A stretch of 63,790 nucleotides of DNA, filler included, from Reticulomyxa filosa (GCA_000512085.1; 19 parts of 19 records of this genome joined end to end with filler, not necessarily neighbours in it); one strand, 5' to 3'; numbered from the whole stretch's first letter, positions 25,258 through 38,631 are shown. Notes: generated by a model from the letters alone, not told the origin. Made by a program: numbers and translations.

Positions 25258-25797
25258 TCATTGAGATGTATACTAACACACAAATCCTCAAAAAAAAAAA
25301 ACTATTATTTCCAAAACATGTACTTATTATTGTAGGCTGTCGACTCAAAGCTTCGATTTAGTAGTACCATTTGCCACGTTGTTAAACGGGTCAATGATTG
25401 CTTTGATATCACTGGCAGGATCCGATTTCGATTGAACAAAATCAAGGATTCGAAAACGGTCCAAAAAATCTCCACAAAACTGTTACGCTTGACCAAAACT
25501 GGCTTGGATGCTTTTGATCAGATTTCTAAAGAAACGAAACAAGTTTTGAAATTGTTATATTTCCATCACTTATTATTCTTATTGTTTTTTTTTTTTTTTT
25601 TGTGCATACAGTTGGTAAGTGAAAAAGAAGTTGAACTTTCTACTTGCGAAGAAAAGCAAGAAGAAACTGCTGGGCAACACACTGATGACACTTCTGAAGC
25701 TTCTGATCATGCTGGTCAAAAAATGATGGTAATGGATGATGAAGGTGATAAGATTGAAGAAACAATTCAGCCTTTTTCATCTGCGCTAAAAACGTAG
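25258..25797 (+). CDS. 3' end of an uncharacterised spliced gene
   Basis: Coding-like segments 25338-25541 and ~25611-25797 (acidic tail, stop at 25797) flank a T-rich intron. Confidence 0.45.
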
Positions 25798-26888
25798 TAT
25801 TGTCATCTCTATCCCTATCCAATTTTCGTACTTTTAGGGAGAGAAAAGGGTGGGCAAATTAAGCTATTGTTATTGTAGGTTTTCCGTTTTTTTTGGTACC
25901 AATTTGATTAAAACACAACTTTTTTGCATTCTAAGCAAATCTCAGTGTGTAACACTCAGTTCACTTTTTTCGAGAGATTGTCCTATCCGATAAAAAATCA
26001 AGAGAAAGCTTCTAAATTAATGCCAACATTAAATATGTAAAGATAATAAACTCCAGAAACCAACTCTGGAAAATATGCAAAATTTTATCAAAACAAATGG
26101 TTCACCAAAAAGGGCCTAGTTCCATTTTTTAAATTTTTTTATCTGTCATCATTCATCGCTTTCAATATTTCCAACTGTATTGAGGTTATTTTTTTAATTC
26201 CTTTAAAGTCAACGAGGTAACATGTACAAAATTAGTTGAAAATACTAAAAACTTGACTTTATTGTTGAAAAATATTATTATTGAGACAAACAATTTATAA
26301 TTATACGTTTTCTAATTATGAAGAATTTTATCAAATAAGAGAACATTTTCGACTATGTGTTATTTTTCGTGATATGTATGATTTGAATTTGTTCTTGTGT
26401 TCAAGCAAGCTGTCAATTCAAATATATTATCTGTAGCAATCATGCAATTTGATTGTTCAAATACATGATATATGTTTTTTCCTTGTACAAACATCAATGT
26501 ATTTGCATTTGAAAAGTTAATGTGGCCAAGTGTCGCGTGTCAAAGTCGTTGACTCAAATCAACAAATACATTTGTATGTACTTTTTTTATGTACACTGGC
26601 TTTTTTAATTGTAAAGTTCGTGATGTCTAAAGCTGAAATTTCCTCCTGATTTTCCATTATTTGTTGTGACTACAATTGTTTATGTAAAGATTTGATCGGC
26701 TTGATTATTTCAAAACGGACACGTGAAAAAATAAAGTTTCAACATTCGGTAAAATACACGGTAAAATATTGTGGCAGCCATCAAGAAAGATGGAAGAAAC
26801 AGAAGCAAACAAAAATAGAATAAAAAATAGAATAATTGATGACCCATTAAGGGTTTTAATCGAAAAACGACATATATTATTTCAGTTA

Positions 26889-29576
26889 TTATTCAACCTC
26901 CTTGTCCTCCTGCAAAAAAGTTGACATTTGATTATTGGTCTGAATGTCAGTTCCATTGGTCAGACGCTTTTGTTTTTGAACAATATTATTGCGATCAACT
27001 AGTTGACCGGACGAGTTGTTAAACTTGGAGAGCTGTGGTACCGATTTTGATGAACCGCCAACGGCATTATTTATTCTATTTTGTACATTGATGGGAGCAG
27101 GTCCTTTGTAATCGGTATTGGATGACTCAATTTGTTTTTTTTCTTCGTCCATTGAATTATTATCAATGACAATATTTTTGTTTTTGAGTTGGAGTAATGA
27201 CGGTCTTTTCATTATTTGCTTTTCCAGTGTCACAGAGACTCGTTGACGATCAATTTTTTTTTTTCTTTTTTGGGGGGGGGGGAGAAAAAAAAAACAAAGA
27301 CATATCTATTTTACATTCACAAACAAACCAAGCATACAAATGCTTAACTTTGTATTTCTTTTTGATTTTGTGAGGTTTCCCAATCAATTCTCGCTTTTTT
27401 CAAATCCGACATGAAGTCATCAAAGACTTGAATAAGTTGTTCAAAGCTGTCGTTTTGAGTAAACTCGTAGTCATATTCTTGTGCAACTCGTGTTGCAACC
27501 TCAGAACATTCATTCCAAATATCGAGAAGAATGCGACAGCTTTCACGTGCTCGACGGTTGAATGAACTCATTGTCGCTTCAAATTTGTTGTTTGTATTTG
27601 TATTCATGGTTTTTTTATTGCCATCTTTTTCTTCTTCGTTTTTTTTATTTTTCAGTTCTCTGTATTTTCTCAATTGTCTTTGGAATACAATCAATTCTTC
27701 GTGCGCTAACATTACATTTTTGTACACTACGCTCCCTTTCACTATATACATATATGTATACATATATTTAGAACAAGACAAGGAACACAATTGTCTATAC
27801 CCTTAGGGCTTGTGTGTATAGTGTGAAAAAAACATCGAAACGCTTAGTGGCTTCATGACAAGTTTTCAAATCGTCAATGACTTTTAATGCATGAGGAAAG
27901 TTGGTTTTGCAATAGGAATAAATATAAGTAAGTAAAGTAAGAGATTGCTTGTCGTGACTTTTCACGGTTTTCAGTGTCTTTAAAGATTCCAAATGAAACC
28001 CATACACTCCGTATTGCGCTTTATTGTCGCTACGTCTGGACACACCAGCGTGCAAAAAATTGCCAAATGCCAATACAATTTGCAGTATTTTGCGCAAGTT
28101 TTCTGACTTATCGATTGCCATCAGTGCATTTTTCAGTATTAACAACTCATTATATTTTTCGTCCAGACTGTCTTCAAACTTGTTTATGTTTGTGTGTGTG
28201 TGTGTGGGTGGTCCCAATCCAATCCAATCCACCCCATACCAAAGATTTTTTTTTTTTTTTTAAACATACATTAAAAACAAGGGATAACTTTTGATCAGAC
28301 CTTATGTTTGCATTGCCAAAGTCTTAATTTGGGTTCCAGGAGATCAATGTCTGCCAAGCGATAGAAAAATTGTTCGACGTCGGTTAGTTGGGATATTTTG
28401 ACTCCAAGTGCACTGACCTTGTGGAACACATATTTAACTTCCTCGGTTTGTGGAACAATAGTCAGTAATTTATCAATGATATCCCTCCCTAGTTTGCCAT
28501 CATCCGCGTCCAAAATGCACATCCGAATTTGCGCCGGAGTCGCAGGTATTTGTTTCAGTACTTCTCTCACATGTTTTTCACGCCACACGCTAATATTTGA
28601 AAGTAATCCTTCTTCTTGTTCGTTTGTGTCTTTTATGTTTACTGCGTCTTCAATTTCATTTTCCATTCCTTTTTTTTTTTTTGAAGGGGACCATTTATTA
28701 CAAAGAAGGGGGAGGGGGAAAAAAAAAAAAAATTACATTACCAGGATTTCGGAAGAGGAGTTCAAAGTCTTGGGGTATTTTAACAGTCTCAGTATCAGCG
28801 ACAGATGTTGCACCAATGGATTTCCACAGGGTCCCCATAACATACTCATTTTCGATAGGAATCCAATCCCACGACAGCATTGGCAAGGAGGGCACTTGTG
28901 TAAGCTTCTTTGGTGTCACAGCCCCTGCAGTGACAGATTGTCTTTTTCGCTTTCGAATTGCAGTGGCAATCTCCGCATCGTTTTGTTCGCTGAGGGAAGA
29001 AGATTTTTCTTGTTTGGCCACAATTTGTTTTTCCATTTCTTTCATTTGTTCTTTCAATGCGCCAATGGCATTTTTCAATAAATGATTTTCTTTATCCAAA
29101 GCACGGAATTTTTTTTTCCACTCTTCAACTTCCCTTTCTTTTTCTTTTTGAGTTTGTATTTGCATTTGCATTTGCATTTTCGTTTTCTCGTCTTCTTCTT
29201 CCTCCTCGATTGCATGAATATGATTTTGCTTCACTTCGTCCATATTTTCATGACCACGACCACGACCATGACCATGACCATGACCATGATCCAAAGAAGC
29301 CGGTAAAAGTCCAGTCTTTTGAGACTGAGAATTAGCGGAATGGCGAAAGCGAAAAAGCTCGGACGTACTTCGAGTCAAAGTTGCATGTTGTTTGTATCCA
29401 TTGGAATTGGACAAGCCATTGCGAAGTGCATGTTCCTTTTCCAGCTGAGCCTTTCTCCAATGGCTTTTCAGATTTTCCAAATTCGAGGATTTGTTTTTTT
29501 TTCTTTTGCGTTTGCGTGTCAGTCGGAGACAATGCCGACAAAGAACTGGATGCTTTTTTTTCTGGTCCTCTTTCTG

Positions 29577-29610
<34 letters not shown>

Positions 29611-29667
29611 TTCTCTTCCTCTTCCTCTTCCTCCTACTCCTCTTATCCCTGCTATTGCTCCTGCTAT

Positions 29668-29701
<34 letters not shown>

Positions 29702-30870
29702 TCTCTGCCATAGACTTGACCATAATGTGTGCGATTGGAAGTGGAACGGATGACGGAAGGAACAGCCAGCAAAGCGGAACTGGACTTTTCACTCCGTTCA
29801 AAGGCAAACATTTGCGTAGTACGTGCGCTGGACGATGAATGCGTAGACAAGCCTTCACTCATGGTTTTGCTCATGCGATCCGAGGCGTCTCTCTCGGCCA
29901 TGGTCTGCGCGCTTTGTGCGGATGTGCGCTTGGTCCACAAGAGATGGGCCAATCCTCGATGTTCGTCTTTGCTGCGCTTGAATGACACCGCTCTCGATGT
30001 CAATGCGCTCGTGGCACCACCTCTCCATCTTTGCTCATGTGACGTATCTCTGCTCTGTGCAAACTGTCGCGTCTTCAGGCGCGTAATCCCTTTCACCACT
30101 TTCGCATTCTGCGACTCGTCCTCCGTCGACTCCAGCCCGGCCGGGTTCAGTGGCGTCGAGCTTACTCGTGCCAATGTGGGCGCACGTGAGTGCATCGGAG
30201 TTGCTGTTGCCTCATGCAACATCAACCGCTCCTTCGTTGTTGTTGTTGCTGTCGTCATCATCGTCGTCGTCGTCGTCGTCTTGCCTCGTCCGCTCCGATC
30301 CTTGTTCTCATACACAGGGTTTTGACTCGGCTGCAGCAACGATGTTGGCAATACTTTGCTCAAATTGTTGTCTGCCAATGTGTTATGCGGCACATGAGTC
30401 ACGCGCTCGTCTTGTCTACGCATACACACAAATGCATTCAATACATTACGCATAATCAAATTTACGCATATTGTTTCTTTTTTAACATTGTCTTATTTGG
30501 ATTCAAACAAATCAATATATCAATACATCAATACATAAATGAAACAAACAGATTCGTTCGATTGACAGCTCGACGATTGTTTATTGGCCACATGCGCTTG
30601 AAATGTTGCTGGTCTCGCATATCTGTCATTCTCGTTGACATTGGGCGCTTCGATTGTTTCGCATTACTGGCGCTGGATAGTCTCTCGCTCATTCCTCGTT
30701 GGGGCGCTTGATTCATCGTCGTCGTCGTCGTCGTTGTCGTTGTCGCTGTCGCTGTCGCTGTCGTTTCTGCTCTTTCTCCTTGCTCCCTTTGTGCTGTGAG
30801 TTTTCCAACAACAGTCGTTTACACGACTATTATTTTTTATCTTGCACAATGATTTCCCTCCTTTCTCCAA
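26889..30870 (-). CDS. Formin (FH2 domain) with a C-terminal RPEL-like motif; multi-exon, 5' end uncertain
   Basis: FH2 lasso LSWDWIP..VMGTLWKSI..DFELLF, LLTIVPQTEE..LTDVEQFFYRL..LEPKL, LRKILQIVLAFGNFLHAG..VYGFHLESLKTLKTVKS..TLLTYI, F..F..FM. RPEL-like LEKQIMKRPSLLQLKNKNIV at ~27166-27240. Intron 28741-28669 is in frame. Confidence 0.88.
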
Positions 30871-31032
30871 AAAAAAAAATAAATTTGAATTCCAAAGGGG
30901 AATTATATATATATTAGATTTGAGAGAGAGTANNNNNNNNNNNNNNNNNNNNNNNNNNNNNNNNNNNNNNNNNNNNTTAATTAATTAANNNNNNNNNNNN
31001 NNNNNNNNNNNNNNNNNNNNNNNNNNNNNNNN

Positions 31033-31504
31033 GATTGGGATTGAGGGGAACAAGCAGAACGGCGTTGCAAGAGGGTCCTCATTTCGTCAATGACAAAGGT
31101 CATTTGAGAAATGTGTTGCTCGACCAGCCTCACCAGCTGCTGTCGATCGGTCTGGTCATTGGCATTACGCGAGGCAGCAGCAGCAGTGAGTTGGGATTTT
31201 TCGGCAATGAGTTCGTTCATCTTCATTTCGCCATTGTCCAGCCAGCGTCGCAGATCAGAAATGGACAACGAGGTCTTTTCAACTGCGCGCCAGCTGTCAC
31301 GCCAGTGTTCGACTTGGGTTAACGTGGACATAACTTCACGTGAGTACGGATGAGCAGTCGAAGAGAAAGACGAAGCAGGGGGCTTTGTCTTGGTTTCCTC
31401 ACCATCTTTTCGATCATCACGAATAGTTGCATTTCTATCATTATCAATGTCATTGTTATTATTGTTATTGTTATTGTTGTCATTGTTTTTGTTATTGCCA
31501 TTGG

Positions 31505-31540
<36 letters not shown>

Positions 31541-32019
31541 CATCAGGCTCTTCATCGATTTCAACCTCCATATCATCATCATCATCATCATTATCATCAT
31601 CATTATCATCATCATTGCCATCGTCATATTTGTTCTTCTTCTTATTGCGTTTTGCTTTGCTAGCTTTTGCTCCTTTGCCTTTTCTTGCTCGTCGACGTCC
31701 GACTCATGCTTTTGCCTGACGAAAGGATGGGTCAGCAACTGCTTCATACTAATGCGTGTCTTTTCGGGCCGGAAGATGTGGTTCAAACAGTCCAGCGCAT
31801 CGTCGCTGACCCAGTCCCTTCGCTTCCACCGCTCCAACAGCACTCCCGTCTTGCCCTGCAGCAGCGCGGGCAGCATCTTGCTTTCGCGAATGGGCGGCGG
31901 CGCTCCGATCAGCATCATAAACAGCATCACTCCGAGGCACCATATATCATTCGAGTACGGGTCGTACCGCTTGCCGTCAAAGCATTCGGGTGACATATAC
32001 GTCTTTTTTCCCACACGTC
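31033..32019 (-). CDS. Ser/Thr protein kinase, C-lobe and acidic/Asn-rich tail (partial)
   Basis: GKKTYMSPE, DIWCLGVMLFMMLIG, RISMKQLLTHPFV (subdomains VIII-XI). Apparent frameshift near 31650 into a D/N-rich tail. Confidence 0.85.
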
Positions 32020-32205
32020 CTTTTTTTTATTACATAAAAATGATCATGCGAAAACGTGTTGTTTTTTTTTTTTTTTTTTAAAAAAAAAATTTAAAATTAA
32101 AAAAANNNNNNNNNNNNNNNNNNNNNNNNNNNNNNNNNNNNNNNNNNNNTTAATTAATTAANNNNNNNNNNNNNNNNNNNNNNNNNNNNNNNNNNNNNNN
32201 NNNNN

Positions 32206-32500
32206 TCAATGCCAATGATAATGTCAAATGCGCAAACGAAAACTCATCCTCATACCCCATTTGCGCTCGCATTCACGTTCACATTCGCATTCGCATTCGC
32301 GGTCACACTCGAACGAAGCTGTTGGGACTACACATGATGTTCAAGATCCTCATCAACACTACTTTTCTCGACACAAACACCAATATCAATATGACAATCC
32401 GCACTCCATCCACCAACCCGACTCCGGACAAAGTCTTGCACACTATGTCGACTTAAACGCCACTGGTGATCATGTCAATGATCATCGCGACGTGTCAAAC
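32206..32500 (+). CDS. Fragment of a His/Ser-rich low-complexity protein
   Basis: Coding-like composition at the contig start; no domain recognised. Confidence 0.3.
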
Positions 32501-33268
32501 CCCCCCCCCCCTCCCTTCTTTCTGTCCAATCTTTCTTCCTTCGTTTGCATAAATATATATCATTTCTCTCTTTTTTTTTTTTTTGCTAACATAGCCCATT
32601 CTTCATTCAAACACTCTCTTTTCCTCTCCACAACAAAAAAAAAAAAACAAGCATGGATTGTTCGATACAATAGTGTATACATTAGTTTTTTTTTGTTTGT
32701 TTTTTTATTATTACCTTTTTTTTTTTTGAAGGAAGAAAAAAAATAAATAATGAGTCAATAAAATAAAATAAAAAGTCATACAATTTGTTTAATATGGCTT
32801 GTTGTCTGTAAGAGAAGGAAAGTCATCAATCATTTCCTTCTTAGGTTTTACAACGCTTTCCATTGTTTAATTTTTTTTGTTGTCGCAAAAATCTTTCTTT
32901 ATATTCAAATTTTTGCTAAACTAAAACAATTACAACACTCAACGTAAAAAAAAAAAAACTGGTGTGGGCAACGCGAAAATGTGTAGTCGCTTATTATCGC
33001 AAGTTTTGTACAATTCTTGGTTCTTTTGTTGGCCTTGTCTAAAAGAGGTATATAAGCGTTTTGCATTGTTTTTTTTAAAATAAAATAAAAAATTCATTTA
33101 ACATCTTCAGTGGCAAAGAGCATAACGTCGTCAAACTCATTTTTGATTTCCAAATTAAATGCAGGAAAATTCATCTGCACCTTGTACTTGTAAAAAAAAG
33201 TTTGAAAGTCGTCAAGTTTTTTTAAAAAAATCCCTCCCCCCTCACATTCAAACAACACAAAAAAAAAA

Positions 33269-34500
33269 AAGTCACATATTGATCAGTTAGAACATTTGCC
33301 ACAAGTGTACACCTCAAAACTTCTTCTGCTCTATGAAAAAACGAATTTACCTTGTGATCAAGTGAATATAGTTCTGGTGTTACTACTGTGTGGGGTACTT
33401 GGGTCGATATTTCGTCGAATCCAAAGCCCGTTGGTTCGTCGAACGTTTGGCTTGATATTCGGGCTGTTTTTCATGTATTCTTTGTACGGATGGATGGACT
33501 TTTTTATTATTCTCGCGTTTGTGGTGCTGATCTATCCTTTCATTCAATACGTCCGCAACGAATGGGTTGTGTTTGGTCTCGGATTTGCTTTCCTCGTTTC
33601 ATGGTAAAAAAAAAAACTTGTATGTACATATACCTTTTTTTTTTTTTTGTAGTTGATTAATGTTCCCCCTTTTTTTTTTTGATTAAAAAAAAAAAGAAGT
33701 ATGGCTGGAGGGATGAAAAGAACCTAACAGAACCTTCATGGCGAGTGGTCTTATGGGGCTTCCTACAAATCCTAATTGCTGGTGGCGCGACGGAAGTGGA
33801 GAAAATGATATTACCGCTTGACTACATATTCTCCAAAGAGTTTGCGTCCAAACCGCTCTGGCAACGAATAATCCTGTTTCTGTCTCCCAATGGATGCCCT
33901 TTCAAATATGTCTTTGCATGGTTTGACCTCCCCTTTTTTTTTTTTGTCAATGCTTCTACGTTTTTTTTTTTGAAAAAAAAAAAACAACAACGTGAATGTC
34001 ATTTGTTTCCTTTTTTTAAAAAAAAAAATTAAGGAAATCATTGGACCTGGCAGCAATAACATCCGGCTGCGCATTTTCGAAAGTGGAGTACGACGAAAAG
34101 ACTGTCAAGGTAAAGGCAGTCGAGTGGGAACGGGCGCGAAATATTGTGTGGACCAACACTTCTTTGCACAAAGCACCAAAGACATGGTCCAAGCCTGGAA
34201 CATGACTGCTAACTGATGGCTTACTCGATGTTTTGTGTCCAATACTTTGGTCTTTATGCAAATGGATACATTCAATATTTATATACATATATATAGACTT
34301 ATTCCAGTTTAAAGTGAGTGACGAAAAAGGGGAGTGAAAAAAAAGAAATATACAACGTATACTGTCATCTAATTTTTTTTAAATTAAAAAAATATATATA
34401 TATATATTGATTTAAAAAAAAAAAAATGTGCAAAAATAAAATAGTCAAAATTGGAGGAATACGTCCACGCATTGGCAGAACGCGATCGCTATATCGCGAC
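33269..34500 (+). pseudogene. MBOAT-family (lysophospholipid acyltransferase-like) probable pseudogene
   Basis: LPCDQVNIVLVLL..GLIFGLFF.YSLYG, FKYVFAW|KSLDLAAITSG..WERARNI, AQSTKDMVQAWNMTAN*WL. In-frame TGA at 34214-34216, frameshift near 34155, AAG in place of the expected ATG at 33269, and the central MBOAT segment appears missing. Confidence 0.7.
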
Positions 34501-34704
34501 NNNNNNNNNNNNNNNNNNNNNNNNNNNNNNNNNNNNNNNNNNNNTTAATTAATTAANNNNNNNNNNNNNNNNNNNNNNNNNNNNNNNNNNNNNNNNNNNN
34601 ATAATAATAATAATAATAAGAATGATAATAATAATAAAAAAAGTCAAAGCAAACACGCAACAATTCTTCCTGGCAATTTTGATACCGTTGAAAAACAAGA
34701 AGCC

Positions 34705-35950
34705 ATGTCGCAGTTGTCGAGCGTACACATATCTAAAGTGGAATTCAGCAAAACCGAGTATTTGGACAGCGAAAGCGTAACGCAAAGGCCAATCCATTTC
34801 GCGTTTTTGCAAGAAGCGAGCACACAAGTGCCGCAAAGCATGACGAAAGACAACGAAGATGAGGACACCCACCACGGCAAGGAAGAGAGTACAAAGGAAC
34901 AAAGAGAGCAAAGTCATACCAGTTACGGAAGTGATATTGATGCAAATGGCAATACCGATCATGATGCTGACAATGATGACAATGACAATGAGAATGAGAA
35001 TGATGAAAATGAGAATGACAACGATAATGACAACGGTGATTGGTTTCAATGGGAAAATAAACACCAGTACAATAACATTGGCAATGACAATGACAATGGC
35101 AATGGCTCTGAAGAAGACTTTGTGTCGACCATGGATATGGATGCCGATATGAATGAAATGGACCAAGCTAATGCAAGTGGCATTGATAGTAATGAAGACC
35201 AAAACGAGGACGAGCAGACAAAAGAAATGAGCCAAACGCAGTCGCTAGACACAATTGGCACTGCGACCAAAGCGAATATGCGTGGAGGGATGGAATACGA
35301 TGAAAAAGATGGAGACCTGGAAGCAGGAGGAGTAACAGAAGGAGAGGACAACGACGATGGGCTTGAAAGAAAAAAAAGCGAGCCAGGCAAAGCCAAGTAT
35401 AAAAATAAAAAGCAATTGGAACTGATGAACAAACAGAACAATCTCACCGTCGACAAAGGGATGACGAGATTAAAAAAACCGCATTCCAAGAAACAGACCA
35501 AATCAAAATCAATTACCAATTCCGGCATTGTGTCTGACCAAAAGGAAACATATTATCCTGACACAAGCGTGTCTCGTGATCAAAGTGATGCAAGTCAGAT
35601 CAACAACAAGCAGCCTTATAAACAAAATCAGTCCAATCCAAAACAACAGATAACGACTCAAGACCGAGATTCACGTAATACACAACAGACATTATACACT
35701 GTTTTTTATATACGTATACATATTTTTTGTTTCCGTTCAATGTGACTGTTATTGCATGTGTATGTGTATGCTGGGTATAAATACTGTATACGTGCACATC
35801 AGCCACAGATACTCTCAGTGAGAAAAGAAAAAAAGTACACACGATGAAACGTGGGAAAACTTGGATGAACAACAGCGCATGAAGATTTTGCTAAAGCTTT
35901 ATCACACGCCTAATGTCAGTAATGATCTGTCTCTTCGCTGGAATTGGAAC
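34705..35950 (+). CDS. Uncharacterised acidic low-complexity protein (partial)
   Basis: 346-codon D/E/N-rich ORF 34705-35745 plus a probable downstream exon. Confidence 0.55.
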
Positions 35951-36323
35951 GAAGTGACATTGAGACCGAATAGAAACATAAGCAAAAAAAAAAAAGCGCA
36001 AATTTTCTTTTTTCTTGTTTTTTTCCCCAGTGTCCGTAAGGAGGTTTAATATTACGGTTATAATTTTAGTAGACGCTAAAGTGGTTCATTTTGATACGAT
36101 CAGTATCAATTAACAGTAGATTATACTTTTTTCTCCCATCTCTCTCCCGCTTTTCGTTTGTTTTTTTTTNNNNNNNNNNNNNNNNNNNNNNNNNNNNNNN
36201 NNNNNNNNNNNNNTTAATTAATTAANNNNNNNNNNNNNNNNNNNNNNNNNNNNNNNNNNNNNNNNNNNNAAAAAAAAAAAAAAAAAAAAACAAAAAAAAA
36301 AAAAAAAAAACAACGACAATCAG

Positions 36324-36647
36324 GTGCTGACATTTGAAATGGTGACTGGAAAGAGATGCTTCTATGCCTCGTGCGATGAAGAACTGAAAGCAAAGATTGA
36401 AAGGGGGGTGTATCGATACCCCAAGCAAATGAAGCCGTCCAGTCTTTGCTGCCATTTTATTCAGAGCATGTTGACGATCAACAGCAACCACAGACCCACT
36501 GCCGAATTTGCATTGCAACATCCATGGCTCTTTGACCGTCCGGATCATCCAATGGTTGGTTCGCTTATTCAACAGTGGAATGCCAATGCCACCAAGATTC
36601 CAAATTGGGCTGTTTACAAACCAATTGCTTCTCAAAAGTATTTATAA
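36324..36647 (+). CDS. Ser/Thr kinase (CAMK-like), last exon
   Basis: FEMVTGKRCF...IERGVYRYP...FIQSMLTINSNHRPTAEFALQHPWL (subdomains IX-XI). Confidence 0.8.
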   Translation: MLTFEMVTGKRCFYASCDEELKAKIERGVYRYPKQMKPSSLCCHFIQSMLTINSNHRPTAEFALQHPWLFDRPDHPMVGSLIQQWNANATKIPNWAVYKPIASQKYL

Positions 36648-37636
36648 CAACATGAGTGATAAAGCATAAGCATTAAACCAAAAAAAAAAAAAGAAAGCAA
36701 GACATAAACAACAAATGAAAACTCTTTTTTCTTTTTTTTTTTTTTGTTTGCTTTGCATTCTTGTTCAGAACAGTTTGTACAAGGCTTTTTGAACAATTTG
36801 AACTTTAAAATGGGTGTAAAATGAGTCTAAAGGGGGCGGAGGAGGGGAAAAAAAAAATTGGTATAGAGGGAGCGGGTCATTTTGATTGTGTATGTGTTTA
36901 CTTTGCGTTTCAATGTTCATTGAAGGTGATGTTTTTTTTTCTTTTTTAATGGTATTATTGTAGTAAAGTTTTGCTATTTGATTCTTTCATCTAACATACC
37001 TTTTCGCTTTATCATATCTTGATGTCATCACAATGATATTTAATTGAGCTCGTTGACACTGTATTGAACATTTGATTTAGCATTTTCTAGGCTAGATGTT
37101 ATCGTAGGAGTAGTCAATAGTTTGGGCTGGAATTTATTGTTCGTCTTTTATTGTTGATTGTTTTTATTATTAGTTTGATCCATTGTTTTGTTTGGTTTTT
37201 TTTTTTAAATGCAAATCAAAAAGATGCGATTGTTTCTCTTTTTGATAATAACGCTAATACTTTTTTTTGAGAAAACAATATGCCACATTGTGTTACTTTG
37301 CTCAATGGATGCAAGAGTCTACAAATCCCTTCCATCAATAAGTTCCACCCCCAAGTTGTCATGTGAATCTGTTAGAGTTAATAATTTTTGTTCTAGTCAG
37401 CCGAACTGTGAGCGTTTCGATTTTTTTTTATTTGAAGCAAGTTAGTTTGTCTTTATTATAGTGGTTCTATAAGATGAGTAAAAGTTGCAGATTACTTGGA
37501 TATTTTATGAAAATTTTTTAAAAAGAACGTGCAGAAATGTTTTTTTTTTTGTTAAAAAAAGAAACAAGCACAAACAAAAAGTTGTTAAAAGGACTGAAAA
37601 GGGACAAGACAGTTTTTTTTTGAAAAAAGAACATTT

Positions 37637-38464
37637 GTGATATCAATGTATCTTTTCAGTTCCCCGCAGGCTCAAACTGCGTCTCAAAAAGTGCAAACAA
37701 AATCAAAGGGCTTGGAATCGGAACAGCAACTCTTACAACAAGATGTAGCAGACAAGCAGCGGGACAATGAAATAACTCGTTTCAAGCTGCTGAAGCACTT
37801 TTACAAATCAGAGAGCAAGAGCGAAGAAAGCGAAGAAGGGACATGGGGCAAATGGGCGACAGATATTTCAATAGTAAGCGAAAAAGCGGAGGTGTATCCA
37901 GTGTTGCGTCCGAAATTACGACAAAACAGAATGGGACGCGTGCTGATGGACCACGTTCCAATGATGGTGGGCAACGAATTGCTATTGCCGACATCGAGTA
38001 ACTCAAAAGACACAGCAGCGATAAACCATAAGAAATATTTGAGTACAATATCTCTGCGACAGTACTTACAGAATATCAATGAATATTTGTCTTCGGACAT
38101 TGTCAATCCCAACGCTACAGACGCAGATGAAAAAGACGTTAATGAAGAAGAAGAAGAAGAAGAAGAGAAACGTTCATCGATCAAAAGTTCTACAAGCAAG
38201 ACCAAACAAAACAAATATCAATTCCAATTGCTATGCGACGCGAACAACGGCAATATAGCGAATGCGAACAACAGTCCCATCGTCGACGACAACTACGTGC
38301 TCGTTCAAAAACAGTGTGCTGTCATCGACGTGGCAGATCAGTCGCACAGGTTCAACCCCATTTACCATCAAAAGAATGTCACAAAAAATACTCGAGCTGT
38401 GTTTGTTTTGATTGCAACATCATTTGGAACTTCTGCACAAGTGTTGGAAGGTTTGTATAAATAA
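37637..38464 (+). CDS. Uncharacterised protein (probably continues into the Zn-finger exon downstream)
   Basis: 275-codon ORF followed by a TA-palindromic intron-like stretch. Confidence 0.55.
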   Translation: MISMYLFSSPQAQTASQKVQTKSKGLESEQQLLQQDVADKQRDNEITRFKLLKHFYKSESKSEESEEGTWGKWATDISIVSEKAEVYPVLRPKLRQNRMGRVLMDHVPMMVGNELLLPTSSNSKDTAAINHKKYLSTISLRQYLQNINEYLSSDIVNPNATDADEKDVNEEEEEEEEKRSSIKSSTSKTKQNKYQFQLLCDANNGNIANANNSPIVDDNYVLVQKQCAVIDVADQSHRFNPIYHQKNVTKNTRAVFVLIATSFGTSAQVLEGLYK

Positions 38465-38631
38465 GCAAAAATAAATAAATAAATAAATATATATATATTA
38501 TATATATTATTTATTTATTTATTTACTTTTTTATTTGTTTATTCAATATATTACATATTGTTATTATTATTATATAGTTTTAGAGTTTCAATCAAATTTT
38601 CAATTTTTTTTTTTTTTTCCTTCATTACACA

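Noticed and set aside
28698-28720. PPPP at the end of ORF 28698-29480 as the formin FH1
   Set aside because: It lies inside intron 28741-28669 (a C-run) and within, not before, the FH2.
16590-31680. Programmed ribosomal frameshifting at apparent shifts in the PHD (~16600), formin (~29490) and kinase (~31650) genes
   Set aside because: No shared slippery or AAA-stop motif. The shifts fall in A-rich or low-complexity runs where homopolymer sequencing errors are the simpler explanation; reads would settle it.
37900-37960. Enhancer-of-Polycomb similarity (RQNRMGRVLMD)
   Set aside because: A single short motif with no supporting EPL1 domain visible.
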